Assembly: GCA_025963725.1 (NCBI GenBank)
Contig: JAOQAE010000006.1
Location: 769,952 to 833,951 of the forward strand
Length of the DNA: 64,000 bases
Direction: 5' to 3'
DNA from: Bacteroidota bacterium
GTDB taxonomy: Bacteria > Bacteroidota > Bacteroidia > 2-12-FULL-35-15
The position numbers and the translations under genes were made by a program. Shown here piece by piece: positions 10,183-20,439 of this stretch. Every line of letters begins with the position of its first letter. Position 1 is the stretch's first letter. The notes beneath the pieces were generated by a model. That model was given only the letters and a program-made list of their open reading frames with translations, made no database searches and was not told the DNA's origin.

Positions 10183-11340
10183 TTAATTATTTTTCCTCGA
10201 TTCCATCTCTTCTTTGCCGCCGTTGCCAAGCTTAATAGAGTCCCTTGCCATATCATCCTTTGTTTCGCTTGCTCCTTTATCAGAAGCAGCTGATTTTTCA
10301 GACGGTGCGGAAGCGCCGCCTTTATCAAAGAACGGCTTTTTAGTAGCCAGCCATTTATCGTATTCAGCCTGTGTTTCAACGATAACTGTCATTTGCATGT
10401 TGTAGTGGGAATTTCCGCAGATCTTGTTACATAATAAAATGTAATTGAACTCTTCCGGCTTGTCGCCGCGTGCCTTGCGCACCGCATTGATGCCTGCCAT
10501 CTGTGCGATCACTTCCGGCTTCTGGCGCATTTCCGCCGTGGTAATGGTAGGAGTGAAATGCAGCATGGTGGTCATACCCGGAACACAGTTCATCTGTGCC
10601 CTGAAGTGAGGGAAATAAGCGCTGTGGATCACATCGCGCGACCTGAACTTGAATTCAACTTCCTTGTTCACCACAATGTGCAGCTCATTCTTCACAACAA
10701 TATCATCGCTGCCGGTTGAGCTGGTAGAATCCATTCCAAGATCGTTGGTGCTGGTGATCAGCTTGTAATTGGAAGCTCCAAGGGTATTGTCGGTGCCGGC
10801 ATAGCGTGCTGTCCAGTCGAATTGTTTCGCGTACAGCTCGATCACCTGTGATTTCGGATCGGCAACATCGGTAATGTGGTTCCATGTTTTGATACCGTAG
10901 ATCACGATCACAGCCAGTACAATGGCCGGGATCACGGTCCAGATCATCTCCAGCCTGTTGTCGTGCGGAAAATAAGTGGCGCGGTTATCTTTTCTTCCGT
11001 AGTATTTATAGGCAAAGTAAAACAGGAGAATGTGAGTAAGAACGAATACGAACCAAAGGATACCCATGTTAAAGTTGAACAGCCAGTCGAGCTCTTTTCC
11101 ATGAACAGAAGCCGCTTCAGGGAGCATTCTCCATCCGTAGTTTTTTAATTGCCAGATCACGAATAAAAAGAAAACCACCACAAAGGTCAGCATGATCCTG
11201 CCCATCAGGCGGTTGTCCTTTTCTGTGATCTCTTCCGATCTTTTGCCTTTTAAACTTGATGCGAGCTCAAATACACGGACTAAATAGCCAACTGCAAGAA
11301 CTGTTAGGATAATAGCAACGTAAACTAAAAACTTTATCAT
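10183..11340 (-). CDS. ctaC: Cytochrome c oxidase subunit II
   Basis: DVIHS and CNKICGNSHYNM CuA motifs; ATG 11340 preferred over the TTG at 11361. Confidence 0.95.
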   Translation of the reverse strand: MIKFLVYVAIILTVLAVGYLVRVFELASSLKGKRSEEITEKDNRLMGRIMLTFVVVFFLFVIWQLKNYGWRMLPEAASVHGKELDWLFNFNMGILWFVFVLTHILLFYFAYKYYGRKDNRATYFPHDNRLEMIWTVIPAIVLAVIVIYGIKTWNHITDVADPKSQVIELYAKQFDWTARYAGTDNTLGASNYKLITSTNDLGMDSTSSTGSDDIVVKNELHIVVNKEVEFKFRSRDVIHSAYFPHFRAQMNCVPGMTTMLHFTPTITTAEMRQKPEVIAQMAGINAVRKARGDKPEEFNYILLCNKICGNSHYNMQMTVIVETQAEYDKWLATKKPFFDKGGASAPSEKSAASDKGASETKDDMARDSIKLGNGGKEEMESRKNN

Positions 11341-11419
11341 AGTGGTATCAAATTTATCCAACGTAGCTGTAGCGTTGGGTTGTTATTCCTTATTTTTTTA
11401 TTTCTCTCGTCAAAAAATA

Positions 11420-12637
11420 TTAAACATTGTGGTGTAACGTTTCATCCAGGTACGGGTGTTTCTGTACCATCAGCGGAGCTTTCGACAATGCCCTGTGGAT
11501 CACGAACAGCAGCAGCCCCAGGAAGCCCAGCGCCATGCCGATCTCAACCCAGCCCAGGTGCCAGTGGCCTTTAACCGTAGCAGGCATTACCATCATGAAT
11601 ACATCCAGCCAGTGGCCTACGAAAATGATCGAGCCTACAAATGTGAGGAAGAAATAATTGCGTTTTGCATCGCGGCTCATCAGCAGCACCATCGGGAATG
11701 CGAAGTTCATGAAGAACACGGTCCACATCAGCGCCATGTAGCCGAAATCGTGGAGGCGCTCCTGGAAATAAATGATCTCTTCAGGAATGTTGGTGTACCA
11801 GATGAGCATGAACTGCATGAACCAGAGGTAGCTCCAGAGGAAGCTGATTGCGAACACCCATTTTCCAAGATCGTGGATATGGCTTTCGTTCACCTGCTCG
11901 AGGTAGCCTCTGCGCTTGAGGTACAATACGATTAATGTGATCATGATCATGGCGCTGATCCACATTCCGGAGAATGCATACCATCCGTACATGGTGCTGA
12001 ACCAGTGTACATCGAGCGACATCAGCCAGTCCCATGCGGAAGTGGAGGATGTTACCGCGAAGAATACCATGAATGTTGCAGCTTTTCCCATTGTTTTGAA
12101 GTGGATGGCAGTGCCGCCCTGTAAATCCTGCTCAGCGGAGTTCTTGATGAACATGCGCTGGAAATAGCACCATACGGCCAAGTAAAGGATCGTTCTCAGC
12201 CAGAAGAACCATGGAGTAAAGTAACCGTGCTTGCCGGCGATCACCTCATCGTATTCAGGGGATGCAGGGTCAATGGTTGCAGGGTCCATCCAGTGGTACA
12301 GGTGGTGTGCGTGGAACTGTCCGGCAAGTAAGATAAGGAACATGATGACCGCGCCTACAGGAAGGTAGCTCGATACGGCTTCGTAAACGCGCTTTACGGC
12401 TACAGACCATGCAACCTCGGCAACATACTGCAATGCCATGAAGAAAGTAGCCAGCAGGGCGATTCCCATATAGAAATAGCCGTTCACAAGAAGGTTCGCC
12501 CATACGCGAGTATGATGCTCATTCTCCGGCCCGTCCGTAATGAAGAAGCCCGCGATTATTGTGATCAAGCCTATAGCCATCAAACCAAAAGTGATGTTCC
12601 TGGTCCTGCTTGTAAACGTATAGTTTAAGTTAGTCAT
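11420..12637 (-). CDS. actF: Alternative complex III subunit ActF
   Basis: Polytopic membrane protein with DWLMSLDVHWFST and LIWYTNIPEE; position in the act operon. Confidence 0.92.
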   Translation of the reverse strand: MTNLNYTFTSRTRNITFGLMAIGLITIIAGFFITDGPENEHHTRVWANLLVNGYFYMGIALLATFFMALQYVAEVAWSVAVKRVYEAVSSYLPVGAVIMFLILLAGQFHAHHLYHWMDPATIDPASPEYDEVIAGKHGYFTPWFFWLRTILYLAVWCYFQRMFIKNSAEQDLQGGTAIHFKTMGKAATFMVFFAVTSSTSAWDWLMSLDVHWFSTMYGWYAFSGMWISAMIMITLIVLYLKRRGYLEQVNESHIHDLGKWVFAISFLWSYLWFMQFMLIWYTNIPEEIIYFQERLHDFGYMALMWTVFFMNFAFPMVLLMSRDAKRNYFFLTFVGSIIFVGHWLDVFMMVMPATVKGHWHLGWVEIGMALGFLGLLLFVIHRALSKAPLMVQKHPYLDETLHHNV

Positions 12638-12685
12638 ATCAATTGTAATTTTTCTTTTTATCTCGAATATACTTTTTACTCAACA

Positions 12686-13330
12686 TTATTTTTTAGGAGC
12701 TTCCGCTTTGGCAGTTGCAGCGGTATCAGTTGCTGCAGGCTTGCCGTCAGGGAACTGTAATTTGTGGATGTACAGCACCACTTTCCATCTTTCTTCCTGT
12801 GACATTAACGGTGCATGTGCGCCCATCAGCCCTTTTCCGTAAGTGATCGTATGGAACATTTTTCCTTCAGGTAAATTTTTCAGCGTACTGTATGCCGGTG
12901 GAGGCCCGGGCAATTTTGCAGCTACAAGGCCGTCAGCTTCTCCGCCTGCACCGTGGCAGTGCACACAGAATTTTCCGTACAGCTCTTCTCCTTCTTTCAG
13001 GTTCGCAGCGTTATTTTCCAGCGGGTTGTGCAGGTTAGCGCCGGCAGCTTCGTATCCTTCCGGCGTCTTCGGATATGCATAAGGTATGAAACCGCGCGGA
13101 ATGGTACCTGCAACCGGCATCCTGTTCGCCTGTAATGTATCTCCGGTTTCCTTGCCATTGTCGATCTTTACATAGGCCATGTTGCTTTCCAGTGAAGGAG
13201 AGCGGTACATGTCCGGCATAAATTCAACTCCCGGACTGTTTGGATCGCGTTTTTCACAGGAGGTGAACGCTATGGCAACACAGCCGAAAACCGCCATCAA
13301 TGAAATTACTTTTGTTATCTGTTTGTTCAT
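12686..13330 (-). CDS. actE: Alternative complex III monohaem cytochrome c lipoprotein ActE
   Basis: Lipobox FTSC; MPDMY; single CVHCH. Confidence 0.92.
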   Translation of the reverse strand: MNKQITKVISLMAVFGCVAIAFTSCEKRDPNSPGVEFMPDMYRSPSLESNMAYVKIDNGKETGDTLQANRMPVAGTIPRGFIPYAYPKTPEGYEAAGANLHNPLENNAANLKEGEELYGKFCVHCHGAGGEADGLVAAKLPGPPPAYSTLKNLPEGKMFHTITYGKGLMGAHAPLMSQEERWKVVLYIHKLQFPDGKPAATDTAATAKAEAPKK

Positions 13331-13384
13331 ATTGTTACTACGAATTACGAATCTGTACTAAACCTGTATTCTTTAATTTCCCGA

Positions 13385-13903
13385 CTATTTGTAATGGATC
13401 TCGGATGCTCCGCCGTTTTTCAGCAGGCCTTCGATCGTTGCCCTGTTCTCTTCCTTTGTTTCGATCACCATCATGAATTTATCATCGGTAGTGCGCGGAT
13501 CAGGATTTTTTGCTTTTGCCCCCGGTACCAGCCAGCTTCTCAGGAAGAAGGTGATTGCCATTCCATGTGCGGCACAAAGAACCGTTGATTCGAATGTGAT
13601 AGGAATAAATGCAGGAACGTTCATGTAATAGGAGAAGCTTGGCTTTCCACCCACGTCTGTAGGCCAGTCGCCGACCATCATATACCACATCATTAATGTG
13701 GCCAGGGAAGCGCCTGTAAGTCCGTAAATAAATGCGCAGATCGCAATGCGTGTCCTTGGAACCCCAATTGCAGCATCAAGTCCGTGAACCGGGAAAGGAG
13801 TGAACGCATCCTTGATGCTGAAACCCTGTGAGCGGATCTGTTTTGCATTGGCCAACAATGGCTCCTCATCATCGTAAATTGCGTGGATTACTACTTTGCT
13901 CAT
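13385..13903 (-). CDS. actD: Alternative complex III subunit ActD (DUF3341)
   Basis: FTPFPVHGLD and AFIPITFE motifs; two TMs. Confidence 0.92.
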   Translation of the reverse strand: MSKVVIHAIYDDEEPLLANAKQIRSQGFSIKDAFTPFPVHGLDAAIGVPRTRIAICAFIYGLTGASLATLMMWYMMVGDWPTDVGGKPSFSYYMNVPAFIPITFESTVLCAAHGMAITFFLRSWLVPGAKAKNPDPRTTDDKFMMVIETKEENRATIEGLLKNGGASEIHYK

Positions 13904-13962
13904 ATCTTGTCTTATTGAATAATTCTTTGTTTGTTTTTTTATTAATTTTTGCAGTCCGGACC

Positions 13963-13999
13963 AGATTCTTCACTGCATTTCATTTCGTTCAGAATGACA
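13963..13999. repeat. REP-like intergenic repeat (copy 1)
   Basis: agattcttcactgcatttcatttcgttcagaatgaca; near-identical copy at 52130-52167. Confidence 0.65.
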
Positions 14000-14012
14000 G
14001 TCCGGTTAAGTA

Positions 14013-15422
14013 TTAGTGATGTCCTGCGTTATAGGCATCGTTGCTGTGCGCTGCATGCTTTTCCTTGTATTCCTGTCCGGATGATTTCATGATCGATTTC
14101 AGCTCGGCCTGTGCGATCACCGGGAAATAACGGGTGAAGAGCAGGAAGAAGGTGAAGAACATCCCGATAGTTCCGGTATAGATCCCAATGTCTACAAACG
14201 TTGGGTGGTACATGTTCCAGGAAGAAGGAAGGAATGTACGGCACAGCGTAGGCACAATGATCACGAAGCGCTCGAACCACATACCGATGTTCACGATGAT
14301 CGACATTACGAAGGTGAACATGAGGTTCGTACGTAATTTTTTCGACCAGAACAGCTGCGGGGAGATCACGTTGCAGGTCATCATAGCCGCATACGCCCAC
14401 CAGTATGGGCCGGTAGCACGGTTAAGGAATGCGTACTGCTCGTATTCAACGCCTGAGTACCAGGAGATAAACAGCTCGGTTAAGTATGCAACACCTACGA
14501 TAGAACCGGTAACGATGATCACGATGTTCATGTACTCGATGTGCTTGATGGTGATGTAGTTCTCCAGGTTGTAGATCTTACGCATGATCAACAACAGGGT
14601 CAATACCATTGCGAAACCGGAAAATACGGCACCGGCAACGAAATAAGGAGGGAAGATGGTGGTGTGCCAGCCCGGTACTACGGATGTGGCAAAGTCGGTG
14701 GATACGATCGAGTGAACGGAGAATACAAGCGGTGTCGACAAGCCTGCAAGCACCAGGGAAACCTCTTCAAAGCGGCTCCAGTGGCGTGCGCTTCCGCCCC
14801 ATCCGAAGCTCATGATGCCGTACATTTTTTTGGCGAACGGCTTCACAGCCCTGTCGCGGATCATGGCGAAGTCAGGAATAAGCCCGGTGTACCAGAAAAC
14901 AAGTGATACGGAGAAGTAAGTGGATACCGCGAAAACGTCCCACATCAGCGGGGAGTTAAAGTTCACCCAAAGTGATCCGAACTGGTTTGGCAATGGGAAC
15001 AGCCAGTAGTCGAGCCATGGGCGGCCTGTGTGTAACAATACGAAGATGGCTGCGCACATTACGGCAAAGATGGTCATCGCTTCAGCGGAGCGGTTGATCG
15101 CCATTCTCCATTTCTGGCGGAATAACAAAAGTACCGCAGAGATCAGCGTTCCGGCGTGTCCGATACCGATCCACCATACGAAGTTGGTGATATCCCAGGC
15201 CCAGTCAACACCGTTGTTGGAGCCCCAAACCCCGATACCTGTACCGATCGTGTAACACAGGCACCCGATACCCCAAAGGAAGCAGATGATAGATGCGGTA
15301 AGAAGCATGTACCAATGCTTGGATGCTTTGCCCTCGATTGGCCTTACGATATCTTCAGTTACCTGGTGATATGACTTTTTACCAAGGATTAACGGCTCTC
15401 TGATTTCCGATTCGTGCTGCAT
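14013..15422 (-). CDS. actC: Alternative complex III quinol-binding subunit ActC (NrfD family)
   Basis: WDITNFVWWIGIGHAGTLISA, HTGRPW, GMWFERF motifs. Confidence 0.96.
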   Translation of the reverse strand: MQHESEIREPLILGKKSYHQVTEDIVRPIEGKASKHWYMLLTASIICFLWGIGCLCYTIGTGIGVWGSNNGVDWAWDITNFVWWIGIGHAGTLISAVLLLFRQKWRMAINRSAEAMTIFAVMCAAIFVLLHTGRPWLDYWLFPLPNQFGSLWVNFNSPLMWDVFAVSTYFSVSLVFWYTGLIPDFAMIRDRAVKPFAKKMYGIMSFGWGGSARHWSRFEEVSLVLAGLSTPLVFSVHSIVSTDFATSVVPGWHTTIFPPYFVAGAVFSGFAMVLTLLLIMRKIYNLENYITIKHIEYMNIVIIVTGSIVGVAYLTELFISWYSGVEYEQYAFLNRATGPYWWAYAAMMTCNVISPQLFWSKKLRTNLMFTFVMSIIVNIGMWFERFVIIVPTLCRTFLPSSWNMYHPTFVDIGIYTGTIGMFFTFFLLFTRYFPVIAQAELKSIMKSSGQEYKEKHAAHSNDAYNAGHH

Positions 15423-15477
15423 ATTCTTCTCTTAAAAAATTATAAATTTAAAATTCTTAATTATAGGTCAAATGCTA

Positions 15478-18400
15478 CTATAAAGCGCTTTCCTTACCTT
15501 CTTTCACTTCATTATGCTCTGCTGCGAACTCAGCTTCCTCACAGTTCCTCACTTTTGTCAGGTAAGATAATGCCGGTTTTGTTCCGATCTCTTCGAGCAC
15601 GTAGAAGTTACGCGCATCTTCTTTTCTCAGAACCGCCACTGCGCTTTCTTCGTCGTTCAGATCTCCGAAAATGATCGCGTTGGTAGGGCATGACTGCTGG
15701 CAGGCGGTTTTGATCTCGCCGTCTTTCAGCTTGCGCTCTGCTTTTTTCGCATCGAGCTTGCCGCCCTGGATACGCTGAACGCACATAGAGCATTTTTCCA
15801 TTACACCGCGTGAGCGTACAACAACGTCAGGGTTCAATACCATGCGGCCTAAGTCGTCCTGTGTAGGGTTGAATGTAAAATCAGGGTTTGCGTTGTAGTT
15901 AAACCAGTTGAAGCGTCTAACTTTATAAGGGCAGTTGTTTGCGCAGTAGCGTGTTCCTACGCAACGGTTGTAGGTCATCTGGTTCAGTCCGTCGGAGCTG
16001 TGGTTTGTAGCAAGCACCGGGCAAACGTTTTCGCATGGTGCGTGGTTACAGTGCTGGCAAAGCATCGGCTGGAACACCACTTTCGGGTTCAATGCCTCCG
16101 GGTTTTCCATATCGAGGTACATGTCGATCGCGCCAACGCCATCCTCGTGTGCCTTTTCCTTTGCTTTTTTGCCTTCGTTCGGCCATTTTGTAGTGTAGTA
16201 GCGGTCGATACGCAGCCAGTGCATCTCGCGTGTTTTCATCACCTGCGTTTTACCAACCACGGCAACGTTGTTCTCTGCAGTACAGCTTACAACACATGAT
16301 CCGCAGCCGATACAGGAGTTAAGATCGATCGTCATGCCCCATTTGTGGCCGGGACGGTCAAATGAATCCCAAAGGTCGACTTCCGACATTTTCACTTTTC
16401 CGGAGTGTGTAACGAGCATTTCATCAGGGTTACCTGCTTTTGCATCTTTCTGGTATTCGGAAAGAACGGTTTCCTTCACAATGTCACGGCCCATTAATGT
16501 ATGGTGAACCTGTGTTCCGGCCATTTCAACCTTTTCGTTCGCATCCTCCACTTTCGCGTCGAGCGCTCCGTACATCATGCTTCCGTTCATCAGCTGGATG
16601 AAAGGATATGCATTCTGGCCGATCACAGTTCCTGTTCTCAGGCTCAGGTTTCCTGCCTTGTCTCTTCCGTATCCAACAGCGATACCGATGGTTCCGCGTG
16701 CCTGGCCCGGCTGAGGCACAACAGGTAATTTAATGGTGGTGCCGCTCACGGTAACGTTTACAACGCTTGCTTCCCTGTCCTGGCGCTGCATAAGGTCGTA
16801 TTTACCTTCCATATCAAGAGGCGACATGGTAACGTAGTTGTCCCAGGTTATTTTTGTGATAGGATCCGGTAATTCCTGTAACCATGGGTTGTTTGCCTGG
16901 TTACCGTTACCGATCCCTACTTTTTCGTATAATGCAAGCTCGAATGCCGATTCTCCTGCGCCTTTAACGGCAGCGATCTTAGCGGCAGCTTCGCCGAGGT
17001 CAACCTTTGCAACAGATTTGGCTTCTTCTTTCGGCTCTTCTTTTTTCTTGTCCCCTTTTACAGCCACCGGTGCAGCTTTTACGCTGTCGGCCATGCCGTT
17101 CATTTCCATTTCGCCGCCTTTTCCTACTTCAATAGCGCCATCATGCAGGGAGTGGTTCCAGAAATCGTTGAAGCCCATGTATTTGCCCTGCATCGGGAAT
17201 ACGCGCTCCATCCAGTTCTTCTGGATGTATGAATGGTAATCGCTGTTATTGCCGCTCCATTTCAATAATGTTTCCTGCGCCTGGCGTGTGGAGAACAAAG
17301 GAGAGATGGTTGGCTGTGATAACGAGTAGTGTGCTTTTTTAGGATTGAAATCGTTCCATGATTCGAGGTAGTTGTGATCAGGACAGATATAATGCGCCAT
17401 GGCAGCTGTTTCATCAGCCCTGTCGGCGAGGGAGATGCGCAATCCAACTTTGTTGTACGCCTCTGCGAATTTTAATGCTGCAGGAGCTGTGTAAACAGGG
17501 TTTGTGTTGTAGGTGATGAGCGCATCCACTTTACCGCCCGCCATTTCGGAAACGAGGGCAGCAAAGGCTGCATCATCGCCCTGGCGTGTATAGTTCGGGT
17601 TCTCAATATCGATGGTTTTGCCATAGTTGTCGAGCATCTGGTTGATGCCGTTCACTACAAGCTGAACGTACATGTCGTTCGATCCGCTTACCACAAGTGA
17701 TTTCCCTTTGTGGTCAGCGAGGTCTTTTGCCGCTTTTGCGATTGTTGCGTCGCAGGCAAGCGCTGAAGAGGAAAGCGATGATCCGCCAACGATCTTTGCA
17801 ACTGCGTTGTACAGGTTAACGGCAACTTTTCCATGTTCTGAAACTTTAACAGGCTCGCGGTAATCGGCGTTTGCACCGGTTAATGACAGGATGCTCTCGA
17901 ACTGGTAATGCCTCGACATGCTCTTTTTGTTCTTGCCTACCTTACGCGTTTTAGCGTACTGGTTTGCAGTTTCAATCGGAGAAAGCCAGTTAGCGAGGAA
18001 GTCGGCGCCGATGCCCACGATAATTTCAGCTTTGTCGAAGTTGTAGGAAGGAATTACTTCCTGTCCGAAGGTCTGCGCATTTGCTTTCGCCATTCCAGAG
18101 AAGGAAACGGCATCGTAAGTAACAAGCTTTGTAGTAGGGTATTTTGCTGTGAACTCAGCAATTACAGCCTTGGTGGACGGGCTGATGATGGTAGAGGAAA
18201 GAATGCGGATAGCGCCGCCTTTTGCTGCGATGGCAGCCAGCTTGTTCCCTATCTCTTTATCGGCAGTGGCCCACGTTGTTAAATTGCCGTTGGCCATTGG
18301 CGCGCTTAAGCGGGAAGAGTCGTACAGGGAAAGAACGGAAGCCTGCACACGTGCATTGGTTCCGCCTTTCGTGATGCCGGAAAGATCGTTTCCTTCAATT

Positions 18401-18750
18401 TTGATAGGGCGGCCTTCGCGTGTTTTTACAATAATGGAAGCGTAATCGTTCCCATCGAAGTAAGTGGAAGCATACCAGTTGGCAACGCCGGGAGTGATCT
18501 CTTCAGGCTTTACAACGTAAGGAATTGCTTTGTTTACAGGAGTTTCGCAGGCAGCCAGTGATGCGGCCGTTACGCTGAAGCCTAAAAACTTAAGGAAATC
18601 GCGGCGGTTGGTGCCATCGTTCTCCAGGCTTTTGTCTCCGAGGAATTTTTCTACAGGCAGCTGTTCAGCAAATTCGTTATTCGCCTTTTGAACAAACTCA
18701 GGATTATTGTTTAATTCTTCTAATCCTTTCCAGTATTTTTTTGTTGCCAT
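15478..18750 (-). CDS. actB: Alternative complex III subunit ActB (molybdopterin-oxidoreductase-like plus Fe-S domain)
   Basis: YWKGLEEL N-terminus, Tat motif NRRDFLK, CIGCGSC, CQHCNHAPC, CVGTRYC, KCSMC Fe-S motifs. Confidence 0.96.
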   Translation of the reverse strand: MATKKYWKGLEELNNNPEFVQKANNEFAEQLPVEKFLGDKSLENDGTNRRDFLKFLGFSVTAASLAACETPVNKAIPYVVKPEEITPGVANWYASTYFDGNDYASIIVKTREGRPIKIEGNDLSGITKGGTNARVQASVLSLYDSSRLSAPMANGNLTTWATADKEIGNKLAAIAAKGGAIRILSSTIISPSTKAVIAEFTAKYPTTKLVTYDAVSFSGMAKANAQTFGQEVIPSYNFDKAEIIVGIGADFLANWLSPIETANQYAKTRKVGKNKKSMSRHYQFESILSLTGANADYREPVKVSEHGKVAVNLYNAVAKIVGGSSLSSSALACDATIAKAAKDLADHKGKSLVVSGSNDMYVQLVVNGINQMLDNYGKTIDIENPNYTRQGDDAAFAALVSEMAGGKVDALITYNTNPVYTAPAALKFAEAYNKVGLRISLADRADETAAMAHYICPDHNYLESWNDFNPKKAHYSLSQPTISPLFSTRQAQETLLKWSGNNSDYHSYIQKNWMERVFPMQGKYMGFNDFWNHSLHDGAIEVGKGGEMEMNGMADSVKAAPVAVKGDKKKEEPKEEAKSVAKVDLGEAAAKIAAVKGAGESAFELALYEKVGIGNGNQANNPWLQELPDPITKITWDNYVTMSPLDMEGKYDLMQRQDREASVVNVTVSGTTIKLPVVPQPGQARGTIGIAVGYGRDKAGNLSLRTGTVIGQNAYPFIQLMNGSMMYGALDAKVEDANEKVEMAGTQVHHTLMGRDIVKETVLSEYQKDAKAGNPDEMLVTHSGKVKMSEVDLWDSFDRPGHKWGMTIDLNSCIGCGSCVVSCTAENNVAVVGKTQVMKTREMHWLRIDRYYTTKWPNEGKKAKEKAHEDGVGAIDMYLDMENPEALNPKVVFQPMLCQHCNHAPCENVCPVLATNHSSDGLNQMTYNRCVGTRYCANNCPYKVRRFNWFNYNANPDFTFNPTQDDLGRMVLNPDVVVRSRGVMEKCSMCVQRIQGGKLDAKKAERKLKDGEIKTACQQSCPTNAIIFGDLNDEESAVAVLRKEDARNFYVLEEIGTKPALSYLTKVRNCEEAEFAAEHNEVKEGKESAL

Positions 18751-18827
18751 ATCTGTTATAAATTCTAAATCTTGAAATTCTAAATTCTAAAGTTCTGTGT
18801 TAAAAGTGCTGTGTTACTTTTCGCACA

Positions 18828-20105
18828 CTAATAATGACATCTTACGCAATCGATACCGCCCATTTTATCAACAGTGATCGGCTGGCCTTTGTATTTTTCA
18901 GCCAGTCTTTTGTGTAAGCTTTCGTAATAAGGATTGTCTTTCATGCCCGGTACTTCCGTCTTCCTGTGACAGTCGATGCACCATCCCATGGTCAGCGGCT
19001 TCACCTGCGCCACTGTGGTCATTTCCTTCACTTCGCCGTGGCAGGTAGCGCATTCCTGCTTACCTACTTTTACGTGCTGCTGGTGGGAGAAGAATACGAA
19101 ATCCTGGAGGTTGTGAACCTTGATCCATTTGATAGGCCTTTCGGGCTTGTTGTATTCGCCTTTGTCGGGATCCCATCCTGCTGCAGCATAGATCTTAGCG
19201 ATCTCTGCAGTTCCGGTGTTAGGGCCTTTGGAAATTCCTTTGTGACAGTTCATACAAACGTTTACGGAAGGGATGCCTGCTGTTTTGCTCCTTTCAACAC
19301 CGGAGTGGCAGTACTGGCAGTTGATGGCATTGTCGCCGGCGTGGATCTTGTGAGAGAATGCGATCGGCTGTTCCGGGTGGTATTCCATTTTCTGGTCAGG
19401 ATCAGCGTACACGCCGATGCCTTTCAGTCCGTACCATCCGCTGGTGAGCAAGCCTCCTATGATGATGAGGACGATCACGGCAGTGGTACGCTTGTGGGAG
19501 CCGATCCACTGTTTTAATTCTGTCCACGGGCCAACAGCTTCTTCTTCCGGAAGGCCCATTTTTTCGTTCTGTAAATTTTTGAGTGAGTGGCGTACACCGC
19601 GTAATACGGCAACGATCACGATGAGGAAAGCAATAACTCCGATAAGCACGGCAAGCGGGTTAACTCCCTGCTCCTGTGCAACTACGGCACCGCCGGTTGC
19701 GCCGGTAGCACCGGTTGGGCCTGGAGGAGGCGGCGGGTTTTTAATGTAAGAGATCACAGCAGTAATGTCCTCGTCGCTAAGCGTAGCGGCAAAAACGGTC
19801 ATGTCGGCCTTATTGTTTTCATTAAACACTTTCACTGCATACGCATCACCCGCAGCAACCATTGCTTTGTTATTCTTGATCCAGTCGTGGAGCCATTTTT
19901 CACCTGGTACACGTGTCATAACCCCTTCGAGTCCGGGCCCTGTCAACTTGTTTTTACCAAGACTGTGACAAACTGCACAGTTCTGCTTGAAGATCTTCTC
20001 TCCGTCGGCTGCGAATGCATTGTTTGTACTAAGAATGAGTGATAAAAAAAGGAAGGAAAAAATAGCGAAAATTTGTTTTTTCGGCTTTTTAAACAATGTA
20101 TCCAT
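18828..20105 (-). CDS. actA: Alternative complex III multihaem cytochrome c ActA (1+5 haems)
   Basis: CAVCH in the N-terminal domain, then CQYCH, CMNCH, CATCH, CIDCH, CVRCH; QPIAFSHKIHAG. Confidence 0.95.
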   Translation of the reverse strand: MDTLFKKPKKQIFAIFSFLFLSLILSTNNAFAADGEKIFKQNCAVCHSLGKNKLTGPGLEGVMTRVPGEKWLHDWIKNNKAMVAAGDAYAVKVFNENNKADMTVFAATLSDEDITAVISYIKNPPPPPGPTGATGATGGAVVAQEQGVNPLAVLIGVIAFLIVIVAVLRGVRHSLKNLQNEKMGLPEEEAVGPWTELKQWIGSHKRTTAVIVLIIIGGLLTSGWYGLKGIGVYADPDQKMEYHPEQPIAFSHKIHAGDNAINCQYCHSGVERSKTAGIPSVNVCMNCHKGISKGPNTGTAEIAKIYAAAGWDPDKGEYNKPERPIKWIKVHNLQDFVFFSHQQHVKVGKQECATCHGEVKEMTTVAQVKPLTMGWCIDCHRKTEVPGMKDNPYYESLHKRLAEKYKGQPITVDKMGGIDCVRCHY

Positions 20106-20174
20106 ATTGATTTTTAAGTATTTAGCTCTGTTGAATAGTCCGGTTTTAGCGGAAGAGTATTTTTACTCGAGGGG

Positions 20175-20182
20175 CAAATTTA
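20175..20182 (-). promoter_or_regulatory. Bacteroidota -7 promoter box (TAAATTTG) of the act operon
   Basis: Matches TAnnTTTG about 70 bp upstream of actA. Confidence 0.55.
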
Positions 20183-20439
20183 TAAGAAAGAGTAATTGCT
20201 GATTCAAAAAAAGTTAAAATTTTATAAAAAACATTTAATTTATATTCATTCTAAATAACCTCCTTTTCCCTTTAAAAATAAATACTCCCGAATTGCCCCG
20301 CGAAAAGGAATACTTATCCCGGCCTTTCATTCTTTTGTCGAAAGAGAGGCTGAGATTCAGGCAAGGTTTTGCATAAAAAATGAGGCATGATGATTGGCTG
20401 CGGAACGTAATTTAAATATCTTTGCAGGCATATAATTTT

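Noticed and set aside
8315-20105. Six-haem ActA and absence of actG and oxidase subunit III from the operon
   Set aside because: Matches the known Flavobacterium-type ACIII-aa3 arrangement; subunit III is normally encoded elsewhere
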